Shown piece by piece: positions 36,013 through 45,135 of a stretch of 64,000 bases of DNA. The position numbers and the translations under genes are program-made. Origin of the DNA: an uncultured bacterium (GTDB lineage: Bacteria; Babelota; Babeliae; Babelales; Babelaceae); the NCBI GenBank assembly GCA_963695365.1, contig OY968766.1:305744-369743 (forward strand), read 5' to 3'. Every line of letters begins with the position of its first letter. The stretch's first letter is position 1. A model generated the notes under the pieces. That model saw nothing but the letters and a program-made list of their open reading frames with translations. It was not told the origin of the DNA and ran no database searches.

Positions 36013-37479
36013 ATGCCCTCAATAATCGGTCGCAAAAAAGAGCTTCAGTTGTTAGAAAGGCTTTATAAATCTGATAAAGCTGAATTTCTTGCCATTTACG
36101 GAAGACGTCGAGTAGGAAAAACTTTCCTAATTAGTCAGTTTTTTAAAGAAAAAACCGTCTACTTCGAGTTGACGGGCATAAAAAATGCGACAACGAAGAA
36201 TCAGCTTAAAAATTTTAACGAAGAGCTCAGTGGAGCTTTTTTCGGCGGGCAACTACAAAATACTCCTGATAATTGGCAGGAAGCCTTCTCTATTCTGTGC
36301 AAAAGAGTTAAAAAAGCAGAACCTTCCAAAAAAGTTACGATTTTTCTTGATGAGCTCCCCTGGCTCGCTTCCCCACGTTCAGGATTTTTAGAAGCATTAG
36401 ATCATGCTTGGAACCGCTATCTCTCACGCCAACCTAATGTCGTGCTCGTTGTCTGCGGCTCAGCTGCATCATGGATGTTAAAAAAAATAGTCGACAGTCA
36501 GGGGGGATTCTATGGACGCTTAACAGCAAAAATGAAACTTGAGCCATACACGCTTGCCGAAACAGAACTTTTTTGCAAGGCAAAAGGGATAGAACTAGAA
36601 CATAAACAGATTATCGAGCTGTATATGGCCTTTGGGGGCATCCCTAAGTACCTTGAAATTATCAGCAAGGGCAAATCGCCCGTCCAAACGATACAAGAAG
36701 CATGTTTTGTACCCAATGCTCCTTTAGCCTATGAGTTTCCCCGTCTCTTTTCTTCACTCTTTGATCACGCAGAAACTCATCTCACTATCGTAAAAGCACT
36801 GGCTAAGCAAAGAAGTGGTTTAAGCCAAAGCGAACTCATTGATATAACTAAATTAAAATCAGGGGGCGGGCTCACGCGTACGTTAGAAGAGCTTGAAGCA
36901 TCTGGATTTATAACCACAGTGCCCAACTTTGAAAAAAAGAAACGAGAATCCCTGTACCGCTTAATCGATGAGTATTCCCTTTTTTATTTAACATGGATAA
37001 TGCCAAGTATCGAGGGAAGTCTCAAAGATATGCAAGAGTTTTATTGGCAACAAGCGCAGGATTCACCGCGTTATCACGCTTGGGGAGGCTATACCTTCGA
37101 AGGCATATGCTTAAAACACATCAAGGGAATCGTTTTTGGCCTAGGCATCAGCGGCATCTCGGTAAAAGCAAGCAGCTGGAAATATCGCGCCGCCAAAGAC
37201 AGCAAAGAAAACGGAACACAAATCGATCTTGTTATTGAACGAGCCGATAACTGCATTAATCTCTGCGAAATTAAATACTCTAATGCGCCATACGTTGTTA
37301 CAAAAGAGTACGCCGAAAAATTACGCTGGAAAAAAGAATGTTTTCGCACTATCACAGGCACTAGAAAAAGTCTATTTACAACGCTTATCACGCCATTTGG
37401 TGTCTTCGAGAATGCACAATATGCTGCATCTGTTGATAATCAGATAACCATGGATTCCCTATTTATCAGTTTTGGTTAA
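36013..37479 (+). CDS. AAA ATPase of the archaeal-ATPase (PF01637-like) / DUF234 type
   Basis: IGRKKELQLLERLYKSDKAEFLAIYGRRRVGKTFL (Walker A), IFLDELPW (Walker B), and a C-terminal nuclease-like/DUF234-type region. The track start 35959 is a TTG inside the iterons. ATG 36013 follows AAGGGA. Confidence 0.78.
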   Translation: MPSIIGRKKELQLLERLYKSDKAEFLAIYGRRRVGKTFLISQFFKEKTVYFELTGIKNATTKNQLKNFNEELSGAFFGGQLQNTPDNWQEAFSILCKRVKKAEPSKKVTIFLDELPWLASPRSGFLEALDHAWNRYLSRQPNVVLVVCGSAASWMLKKIVDSQGGFYGRLTAKMKLEPYTLAETELFCKAKGIELEHKQIIELYMAFGGIPKYLEIISKGKSPVQTIQEACFVPNAPLAYEFPRLFSSLFDHAETHLTIVKALAKQRSGLSQSELIDITKLKSGGGLTRTLEELEASGFITTVPNFEKKKRESLYRLIDEYSLFYLTWIMPSIEGSLKDMQEFYWQQAQDSPRYHAWGGYTFEGICLKHIKGIVFGLGISGISVKASSWKYRAAKDSKENGTQIDLVIERADNCINLCEIKYSNAPYVVTKEYAEKLRWKKECFRTITGTRKSLFTTLITPFGVFENAQYAASVDNQITMDSLFISFG

Positions 37480-37501
37480 CCTCATTCTTCCAAAACAACT
37501 A

Positions 37502-38281
37502 CTATCGCCCTTCAGCCTTTCGGATATGCCCAAAGAGCTGTGATCGAACACGTTCTGCCACCGCAGGCTTTTGATCGCTCATAAGCTCATTAAACACGCG
37601 CCAGGCCTCAAGCTTACGCAGCTTATACACGCGCACTATATGATGTGCGATGCGACTAAGAATATGATCTAATGCTTCTGGCGTGTAATAGCTATCAACA
37701 TCTTTACTCAGCAGTCTTACAAGCCCTACAATCGAACGATTTTTATCAAACGTACCATCAGTATCGATAAATGAAATTGTATTATCAATGCAATGTATGT
37801 AGTTACCAGCATAGGTACTGATATGACCAGTCTCTTCGATAAGACGGGTAAACTGCTTCATGATATCAAGGCCAAGAGGTTTGCTGTATGCAGCTTTATC
37901 GACAACTACTTCCTCACAAATGAGCGCATAATTGAGATTGTTGAGTTTTTTTGGTCGGGCCTTCAAATGATATAACTGCTTTTTCGGCGCGTGAAGAAAG
38001 GTAAGCTTATGTTTCTCGATACATTGCGCAAGTAGTTCCCGTTGCTTCAATCGATTAACATCATACTTAACGTAATAGCCCGGCAGCCAGTCTAATTTCC
38101 ATACCCCATGCTTCTTTTTAGCAGCAGTGTTATGTGCCTTTTTTATGAGCTCTGCTAATTCATCATCATGCTCATGAAGAAGGCGTGAAAGGTTTTCATC
38201 AACGCAGTGTTGGCGAATAAACGTATCGTTTAAAGAAAGCGCATGCGCACCAAATGAGCACAGGCTCGCACATAAAATCAC
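37502..38281 (-). CDS. secreted hypothetical protein, possibly an atypical kinase-like fold
   Basis: Short hydrophobic N-terminus. Weak kinase-like landmarks: YYVKY (beta3 Lys?), ALICEEV (hinge?), AGNYIHC...ISFIDTDG (catalytic loop / DFG-like?). Confidence 0.5.
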   Translation of the reverse strand: MILCASLCSFGAHALSLNDTFIRQHCVDENLSRLLHEHDDELAELIKKAHNTAAKKKHGVWKLDWLPGYYVKYDVNRLKQRELLAQCIEKHKLTFLHAPKKQLYHLKARPKKLNNLNYALICEEVVVDKAAYSKPLGLDIMKQFTRLIEETGHISTYAGNYIHCIDNTISFIDTDGTFDKNRSIVGLVRLLSKDVDSYYTPEALDHILSRIAHHIVRVYKLRKLEAWRVFNELMSDQKPAVAERVRSQLFGHIRKAEGR

Positions 38282-38456
38282 AAAATAAAAGCGCAGACTA
38301 GACTTCCCCCCAGATACATTCGTACTATAACATTAGCATACTTAGCTAACGCAATTCAACAAAAACATTACCTTATCCTCGAGATTGATTGGCATGCTAC
38401 ATAACGTTCATTATTACCGGATGTTCACACTCATCCAAATTTTACAAAAATTTTGT

Positions 38457-38485
38457 TTGTATTAAACTGTCTGTCGACAGATAAT
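38457..38485 (+). promoter_or_regulatory. candidate promoter with a 12-bp palindrome for the secretin cluster
   Basis: TTGTAT (38457-38462), a 17-nt spacer and GATAAT (38480-38485). The perfect palindrome TCTGTCGACAGA (38470-38481) overlaps the spacer and the -10. Confidence 0.3.
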
Positions 38486-38556
38486 AGTGGCGCATAGCGA
38501 TTAAGATGCCTTGCTAAAAAAGTAAGCATCCGAAGATTTCCTAAGGAAGAGATTTG

Positions 38557-39699
38557 ATGAAGAGCCCGCTCTGGATAATCACGAGTGCTTTGACGATCCT
38601 GCTTTTTGCTGTCATTGTTTCTATCATCTTCTCAGCAAAAAAAATTGTTGAAACACCACGCGCGACGCCTATAAAAGTCCCAACCAGTATAGTGCTGGAG
38701 GAAGAAAAAGAGATCAACCCAAAGGATTTCCGCATGATCTATGAAGAAAAGGATATCTTTGGAACCTATAAACCGATGGCCATACCAGAAGCGGTAACTG
38801 AAACATTGCCGGTATTGCCACCCCCTCCTTTCCCGCGACCGGTAATGCCGCGGCAGCAACCATCTTTACAATTTTTACCGCCCCTTCCAATCAAAATTAG
38901 TGGCATCATCGCATCCAATAAAGATGAGAATTCTCAGGTAAGTTTGCTCAATACCAACACAAGAAAAACAACTTCTTATAAAGTTGGTGAAATGGTTATG
39001 GATGCATACGTCTTGCGTATATTCCCACGCAAGCTCATTATTCTCCGTTCAAATGGACAACAAGAAACACTCTTTATGTATCCAGAGGACGCTCAATTAG
39101 AGTTAGAAAACCTCAAAGACGTGACCTGGACCGATGTCGTTCAACAACAAACTGCAACAAGCTTCTTGCTGAATCCGACAAGTTTTGCTGCGCGCATGGC
39201 AAGCCTGGCCGGACTAATCGATGCACTTGACGCAACACCAGCAGTAAAAGAAGGCGCAGCTATCGGCATTCGTGTTGGCAAAATGGATAGATCTTCAATT
39301 GGGTACGCACTCGGTTTCCAACCAGGTGATTTAATCACGCATGTTGCTGACATCAGCACGGACTCAACAGAAAATCGCATGAAAGCGTACAATAAAGCAG
39401 TTCAAATGAAAATGGGTTCAGTCTGTACAGTAACTTGCGTGCGTAACGGCAGACAACTTAAACTTTCATACACGTTATTTAATCTTGCAGATACGAGCAT
39501 TAAAAAGCAAACCCCTGCTCCCATAGTTGGACCGCAACAAATGGGTTCTTCACCTATGACTACGGGTCCAAGCCCCCATATGGCAGATACCAGACCATAT
39601 CAAGGCACGATGAATTCGATGCAACAAAAAGATAGAGAGGCTACGAATGTGTATGGAAGTAGACAAAGCATGGTAGCTCCACAGCAGCCTCAGCGATAG
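38557..39699 (+). CDS. GspC-like protein (TM anchor, HR/PilP-like beta domain, PDZ-like domain)
   Basis: TM segment LWIITSALTILLFAVIVSIIF and a Pro-rich linker. The HR-like pattern is IKISGIIASNKDENSQVSLLNTNTRKTTSYKVGEMVMDAYVLRIFPRKLIILRSNG. The PDZ-like segment is GIRVGKMDRSSIGYALGFQPGDLITHV. Confidence 0.6.
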   Translation: MKSPLWIITSALTILLFAVIVSIIFSAKKIVETPRATPIKVPTSIVLEEEKEINPKDFRMIYEEKDIFGTYKPMAIPEAVTETLPVLPPPPFPRPVMPRQQPSLQFLPPLPIKISGIIASNKDENSQVSLLNTNTRKTTSYKVGEMVMDAYVLRIFPRKLIILRSNGQQETLFMYPEDAQLELENLKDVTWTDVVQQQTATSFLLNPTSFAARMASLAGLIDALDATPAVKEGAAIGIRVGKMDRSSIGYALGFQPGDLITHVADISTDSTENRMKAYNKAVQMKMGSVCTVTCVRNGRQLKLSYTLFNLADTSIKKQTPAPIVGPQQMGSSPMTTGPSPHMADTRPYQGTMNSMQQKDREATNVYGSRQSMVAPQQPQR

Positions 39700-39719
39700 C
39701 CAATAGGACAATATAAGAT

Positions 39720-42700
39720 ATGAAAAAACTGTTCGGCTTTTTACTCATTATGATCGGCGCACTGAGCACCATACCAATGCTCAGGGCAGAAGATCCTTCC
39801 GAAGAAATTCAGGTCACGGAATTTCCTGTCGGCGAGCCTAGGAGCACTCCTCAGGGAAAACCCCCTTTTAAGCTTGTACCGATCGATCCCGATGAAAGTA
39901 CAGAAGGCGGGACTCCCATACCTCGAACTACAGCTCCGGCACAACCAACACGAGCGCCACAAGTTACAATTATACAACCTGAGGCACGCACTCCTTCTGT
40001 AGCAGCTCAAGTAGCTGCGAAACAAGGAGCCCAAACCCCTGAAACCCCATCAAGGCCTGTCAATCAGACAGTACCTCCAACCGCAACCCCCGTATCACCA
40101 AAGCCCGCAGATCAGCCAGTTCCACCAGCTACAACTGCACCTTTGGCTCAGCCAGTTGCGGCACCAGCAAAGCCAACTATAGCTTCTCCTATTGCATCCG
40201 TAGCCGAAACACCAACAGCACCTGTGCAAAAGGTAATACCTGTAGCGGTACCTCAAGCAGCCGCAGCAACTCAAAAGGAACAACTAGTCGCACCAACTGC
40301 GCCAAAGGCAGCTGCTCCCCAGAGACAACCGACCCCTCCCGCTCAAGCAGCGCAACCAGCGACACCTATGAGCCCAGGAGCCCCTCAAGTACCGGCACCG
40401 GCTCAGCAAGCCGCCGCTCCCATCGGTGCGAAACCAGTAGTTCAGGCAAAACCTACGGCTCCGAAAGCCCAGGCTCCTGCTACACCAGCTTTAGTAAGCA
40501 CCAAAGGGGCAGAAAAAAAGAACAATATCAAGCAAGTGCCAATGAGACAAGAAAAGGGTATTCGTAGATTGCGCGATCGCCGCAAAATAAAAGCTGCTAT
40601 GAGCATGGCAGAAGAGCCTCGCACGAAAGAAGAGGCTCAAGAGCAAGAAAGAGCGATCGATGTGGGACAAGAGACCCAAAAAGACAAAGCAGCCGAAACA
40701 GCTGAGAATTTTGAAACGTTAGCGCAGACTGGTGGCATCTATCTTGGAAAATATCTCGAACCTTGGAAAGGATTTGATCCAAATGAGCGGGTCGAAATGA
40801 ACTTTGATAACAAAGAGCTCACCGAGCTTTTGAAATTTCTTTCCAATACGTTCGATATTACCTTTATCCTCGATGATGCTATAGAGCCAATGCGCGCTGA
40901 AGGTCTCCAACCGATGGCCGGCACGAAAATTACCTTCAAATCAGAAGTGCCTCTTACTCTCAAGCAAGCATGGGAGATCGGACTCACGTTTATTGAGATG
41001 GCGGGATTCTCCGTCATACCTAGTACCCTGCCACGCACCTATCGGGTAACGGTCAGCGCATCGCGAGATAAGCCATCAGCAAATCGTGAACCATTACCAA
41101 CATTTATAGGTACCGATCCGGAGCTTATTCCAAATAACGACACAAAAATTAGATACGTCTATTTTGCTGACAATGCAGAACTTTCTACAATTGTTCAGAT
41201 AATAGAGGCGATGAAATCGGGATCTGCTGGACCAATTATTGAGGTTCCGACATTGCGTGCAATTATTATGACCGATAAGGCTGCAAATATTCGATCACTT
41301 ATATCAATATTACAAGAGATCGATAAAGTCTCCCTTCCAGAAACTTTGGCAATTATCAGACTCCGCCATACTGATGCGCGCCAAGTGAGAGAGCTTTACT
41401 ATAAGCTGATAGGCAAAGATCCTCAAAGTCCGGCTTTTAATCCGTTTGCGCGCCAACGAAAACCGAGTACGACGCAATATTTCACTGAAGCAACGAGAGT
41501 ATTTGAAGAACCGTACACTAACTCGCTCATCGTATTAGGTACAAGAGATAATATTAAGCGGTTTGAAGATTTTATTTTAAAATATGTGGATAAAACACTC
41601 GATATCCCTTTCTCGCCACTCCATGTTATTCAACTCAAATATATGGATGCCGCTTCCATCGCAAAAATCCTCAATGAGATTATTCAAAAGTTTAACGCAG
41701 ATCCTTCAAATACCGCAGCAGCGCTCGTCGGCGGTGTACGTGATACCAATAAGTTTTTCCGCCCGACCGTCCGCATCACAGAAGAAACGTCAGGCAATAG
41801 GCTTATTATTAATGCAGATTATGATGAGTACCTGAAAATTAGAGAGCTCATCGAAAAACTTGACGTGGAACAGCCACAAGTAGCTATCAAAGTACTTATT
41901 CTTGACGTTGATTTAACCGACACCAAACAGATCGGTGTCCAGTTGCGTAATAAAGTAGACTGCTGCGATGGCACCGGCGGCACCAGCAGCATTCTTAGCC
42001 CTAATGTTAATTTCCAAACCGGGAACCTCGGCGCCATACAAACGCTTCAGCCGGCAACAGGCGGCCCGCCCATCAATGGCGCGGAAAGGCTTCTTGGTAA
42101 TCTCATCGCTCTCGCAGATCAGGTAAGCGGGGTATCTCCATTTGCAGCGGGAACAACACTCGTCACGCTTGGAAAAGATCTCTTTGGCTTCTGGGGACTT
42201 CTTGCAGCTCTCGAGATGTATACGCGGGTGAGTATTGTTGCAAATCCATTTTTAACGGTAACAAATAAGTATAAGGCTGAATTCAAGGTCGGTGAAACCC
42301 AACGTACAACATCTGCGATTGTTGAGGGTCAGCGTGAAGCGCAGGCTCAAGCAGATCTTTCTGCAGATCTTCGTGTTATCGTTACGCCTCAAATAAGTTT
42401 TGACGACATGATAACACTCAACGTATATGTTGAACTTGGTACCTTCATTGGTACAACGCAAAATCGTTTAATAAAGCGCGTAAGCACCGAAGCGCTCCTT
42501 GCAAATAGAGAAGTTCTTGCATTAGGCGGACTCATTCAGGATACCATTACTGAAAATATAACCAAGGTCCCCTTCCTTGGAGATATCCCGCTCTTGGGAT
42601 GGTTCTTCAAAAATAAAACAAAATCGGTTGAACGAAGCAGTTTGCTTATTCTCATCTGCCCGGAAATTATAAAACCTCATCAGCCAGAGGTAGCTCAAAA

Positions 42701-43004
42701 TTTCACGTATTCAAAAATCGCTGATGCCAAAGAAAATCTCTACAGCATGCGCGGTTATGCAGAACGACGAGATCCAATTCATCGCTGGTTCTTCGCTGAC
42801 CATAAAGATAAAGAAGCAAGTACCATAGATAGATTCGTCACGACTCAGGCGCGATATATCGATGAAAGTCAACGAAAACCGGAGATTGTTGCTCAACGGC
42901 CACCAACGAAAGAAAAAAATAAAACAACGAAAACAGAAAAGCCACAAGTGCCTGGTAAAAAGGGGCTGCTTGATCTTATTGAGCAAGCTGGAGAGCGTGC
43001 ATGA
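39720..43004 (+). CDS. secretin paralog 1 (GspD/PilQ family) with a long Pro/Ala/Thr/Gln-rich N-terminal extension
   Basis: Signal peptide, about 230 aa of low complexity, N-domains (IIRLRHTDARQVRELYYKL, VIQLKYMDAASIAKILNEI), and the secretin C-domain LALGGLIQDTITENITKVPFLGDIPLLGWFFKNKTK...LLILICPEII. Confidence 0.87.
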   Translation: MKKLFGFLLIMIGALSTIPMLRAEDPSEEIQVTEFPVGEPRSTPQGKPPFKLVPIDPDESTEGGTPIPRTTAPAQPTRAPQVTIIQPEARTPSVAAQVAAKQGAQTPETPSRPVNQTVPPTATPVSPKPADQPVPPATTAPLAQPVAAPAKPTIASPIASVAETPTAPVQKVIPVAVPQAAAATQKEQLVAPTAPKAAAPQRQPTPPAQAAQPATPMSPGAPQVPAPAQQAAAPIGAKPVVQAKPTAPKAQAPATPALVSTKGAEKKNNIKQVPMRQEKGIRRLRDRRKIKAAMSMAEEPRTKEEAQEQERAIDVGQETQKDKAAETAENFETLAQTGGIYLGKYLEPWKGFDPNERVEMNFDNKELTELLKFLSNTFDITFILDDAIEPMRAEGLQPMAGTKITFKSEVPLTLKQAWEIGLTFIEMAGFSVIPSTLPRTYRVTVSASRDKPSANREPLPTFIGTDPELIPNNDTKIRYVYFADNAELSTIVQIIEAMKSGSAGPIIEVPTLRAIIMTDKAANIRSLISILQEIDKVSLPETLAIIRLRHTDARQVRELYYKLIGKDPQSPAFNPFARQRKPSTTQYFTEATRVFEEPYTNSLIVLGTRDNIKRFEDFILKYVDKTLDIPFSPLHVIQLKYMDAASIAKILNEIIQKFNADPSNTAAALVGGVRDTNKFFRPTVRITEETSGNRLIINADYDEYLKIRELIEKLDVEQPQVAIKVLILDVDLTDTKQIGVQLRNKVDCCDGTGGTSSILSPNVNFQTGNLGAIQTLQPATGGPPINGAERLLGNLIALADQVSGVSPFAAGTTLVTLGKDLFGFWGLLAALEMYTRVSIVANPFLTVTNKYKAEFKVGETQRTTSAIVEGQREAQAQADLSADLRVIVTPQISFDDMITLNVYVELGTFIGTTQNRLIKRVSTEALLANREVLALGGLIQDTITENITKVPFLGDIPLLGWFFKNKTKSVERSSLLILICPEIIKPHQPEVAQNFTYSKIADAKENLYSMRGYAERRDPIHRWFFADHKDKEASTIDRFVTTQARYIDESQRKPEIVAQRPPTKEKNKTTKTEKPQVPGKKGLLDLIEQAGERA

Positions 43005-44554
43005 TTACCAACCTATTTATTCCTGAAGCAATAGGCTCTTACTACCTTCTACGTACGCGACGGGCGGGAATCGAGATAGCGCCAGATGCACTGCGTGTAA
43101 CGGTCATCCGCGCCCACGGAACAAAAAGAACCATAGAGGCTGTGCTTGAAGAACCTCTCCCAAAAGAGGGCGTTACTGATGAGGCAATAAGTAAAGCACT
43201 ACGTGAACTCAGCACAAAATGGGGAGCCGTCCAGGAAATTAGCTGCGTACTTCCAAGTTCGCTCGTTATTTTTAAAGAACTCAGCCTTCCTTTTATCGGA
43301 ATGAAAAAAGCGCAGCAGGTCGTTCCCTTTGAAATCGAAGCCCAGCTGCCATTTCCACTCGATGCGGCTGTCATAGATAGCATCGCTACAAAAGAAGATA
43401 TTGTTGCAAAAACGACCCATCTCCTTGTTGCGGCGGTCCAAAAGCAGACCGTTGCAAGATATATTGCTTACTTTCAGGCAGCGGACCTCACGCTCAGCAG
43501 ACTTACAGTCGATATGATTGAACTTTATAAACTCTATGAACTCTGTGCAAAACCATCCACTGACGCAATTGTCGCGCTCATCGATATTCAACCATATTCC
43601 ACGCAACTTGCAGTCAGCGTAGATCAACGCCTGGCTCATTTGAGAGCTTTACCACGCGGGCTATTCACCGGGCTTCAGACCGACCAAGCTTCAGTGCACA
43701 CCCTTGAAGAAGCTTTAGGAAGCGAAGGATCTTCCAGCATGAAACAGAACTTTACTGCTCTCCTCTCAGATATTCAATTTACCCTCGATGCCTATCGAGC
43801 CAGAGCAGATGCACAGGTACATATTGTCATAATGGGCGGCGCAGCAGAAAGCGACGCGATTATCTCATATATTAACCAGACGCTTACCACCGAGTGCTCC
43901 CGCTTTCAGCCGCAACAGATACGCGAGCAGCCGATGATACAAGAAAGCAATGGCATAACCCTTACGCAACAATATATGGTTAGTCTTGCAGCTGCACTTA
44001 AGCTCACGAAGATGAATTTTAATCAGGAATATGAAGCTGCACTTGAAAATCGCCTTTTATATCGGCAGCTCATGGTTCTTGCAGCACTGTGCGGATTGAT
44101 ACTCGTATCATGCTCACTCTACAGCCTTTTGCGAGTACGCGCACTCAAAAAAGCCTACCAAGCAGCTCAAGCAGAAGCGATTGCGGATCTTCAAAAGAGC
44201 TTTAAGCTTAAACCGACACAAACGGTCAATCTCGCTGCAGCAAATAAAGCTGCCTCAACGGAACTAAACCGTCAAGAATCAGCCTGGAATCATCTGTCTC
44301 AGGAAAATAGATATGCGCTTCTTACCAACCTCACCGCGCTGAGCTCATGCCTCAATGCGAAGGAAAGCCAGTTGGATCTCACCAGCGTCGTTATGAAAGA
44401 TGACACAATAAAGCTGTATGGCTCAGTTCCAGGATATCCACAGCTTACAAAACTGCAAAAACAGCTCGATTGCCCGCCGTTTAAAAAGCTGCCAAAACTC
44501 CAAGATTGGAATTTTAAAACTGAGCCAATAACCCTTATTGTTGAGCACAGCTAA
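43001..44554 (+). CDS. GspL-like or PilM-PilN fusion protein (cytoplasmic actin-like domain, TM, periplasmic domain)
   Basis: The N-terminus AGIEIAPDALRVTVIRA...VLPSSLVIFKELSLPF is PilM/GspL-like. One TM segment (LMVLAALCGLILVSCSLYSLL) at about residue 355, followed by a periplasmic tail of about 140 aa. ATGA overlap with secretin 1. Confidence 0.6.
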   Translation: MITNLFIPEAIGSYYLLRTRRAGIEIAPDALRVTVIRAHGTKRTIEAVLEEPLPKEGVTDEAISKALRELSTKWGAVQEISCVLPSSLVIFKELSLPFIGMKKAQQVVPFEIEAQLPFPLDAAVIDSIATKEDIVAKTTHLLVAAVQKQTVARYIAYFQAADLTLSRLTVDMIELYKLYELCAKPSTDAIVALIDIQPYSTQLAVSVDQRLAHLRALPRGLFTGLQTDQASVHTLEEALGSEGSSSMKQNFTALLSDIQFTLDAYRARADAQVHIVIMGGAAESDAIISYINQTLTTECSRFQPQQIREQPMIQESNGITLTQQYMVSLAAALKLTKMNFNQEYEAALENRLLYRQLMVLAALCGLILVSCSLYSLLRVRALKKAYQAAQAEAIADLQKSFKLKPTQTVNLAAANKAASTELNRQESAWNHLSQENRYALLTNLTALSSCLNAKESQLDLTSVVMKDDTIKLYGSVPGYPQLTKLQKQLDCPPFKKLPKLQDWNFKTEPITLIVEHS

Positions 44555-44569
44555 GCAAGAAAGTAACGT

Positions 44570-45127
44570 ATGGAATTTATAGACAGACTCAGAATAAGAA
44601 TTCAAAACCTCGAAGAACGAGAGCTCTCTCTTTATAGTGGTGCGTTTTTTCTTGGCATGCTCGCCCTTTTGGGTCTTCTTTTCTTTTGGCATTCACGAAG
44701 AGTAGGATACTATGCGAGAGAATTAAAAAACCTCGAGACGCAGCGTGCGGAAACAAAAAGACTATTAAGCAATTATAAGATAGCAAAAGCTCACAGTCAA
44801 AAAGTGGAAGAAATATTGACACAAAATAAGGACTTTCGTATCGGAGAGGCATTTCAAGACATTCTTCAGCGGACCGGATTGATCAGTCGATTACAAGCCC
44901 CAGTAAGTGCACCAACAGAGGGAGAGACACTCAGCGGCAAAACAGAGTTTCAAATAAGTGCTCAACTTGCCCGACTCTCTATGAAAAATATTACCGATCT
45001 TCTGCTTGCGATTGCTGCGGTGCCACAGCTGTACACGAAAGAAGTAACCCTTAAAAAAGAAAGTAGTTCGCCGCTTGTTGATCTTGATATAACAATTGCT
45101 ACACTAGAACTGAGTGCAACTGAATAG
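44570..45127 (+). CDS. GspM/PilO-like bitopic membrane protein
   Basis: 185 aa. One TM segment (GAFFLGMLALLGLLFFW), a coiled-coil segment and a small C-terminal domain. The call rests mainly on position between the GspL-like gene and the secretins. Confidence 0.45.
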   Translation: MEFIDRLRIRIQNLEERELSLYSGAFFLGMLALLGLLFFWHSRRVGYYARELKNLETQRAETKRLLSNYKIAKAHSQKVEEILTQNKDFRIGEAFQDILQRTGLISRLQAPVSAPTEGETLSGKTEFQISAQLARLSMKNITDLLLAIAAVPQLYTKEVTLKKESSSPLVDLDITIATLELSATE

Positions 45128-45135
45128 GAGCCTCC

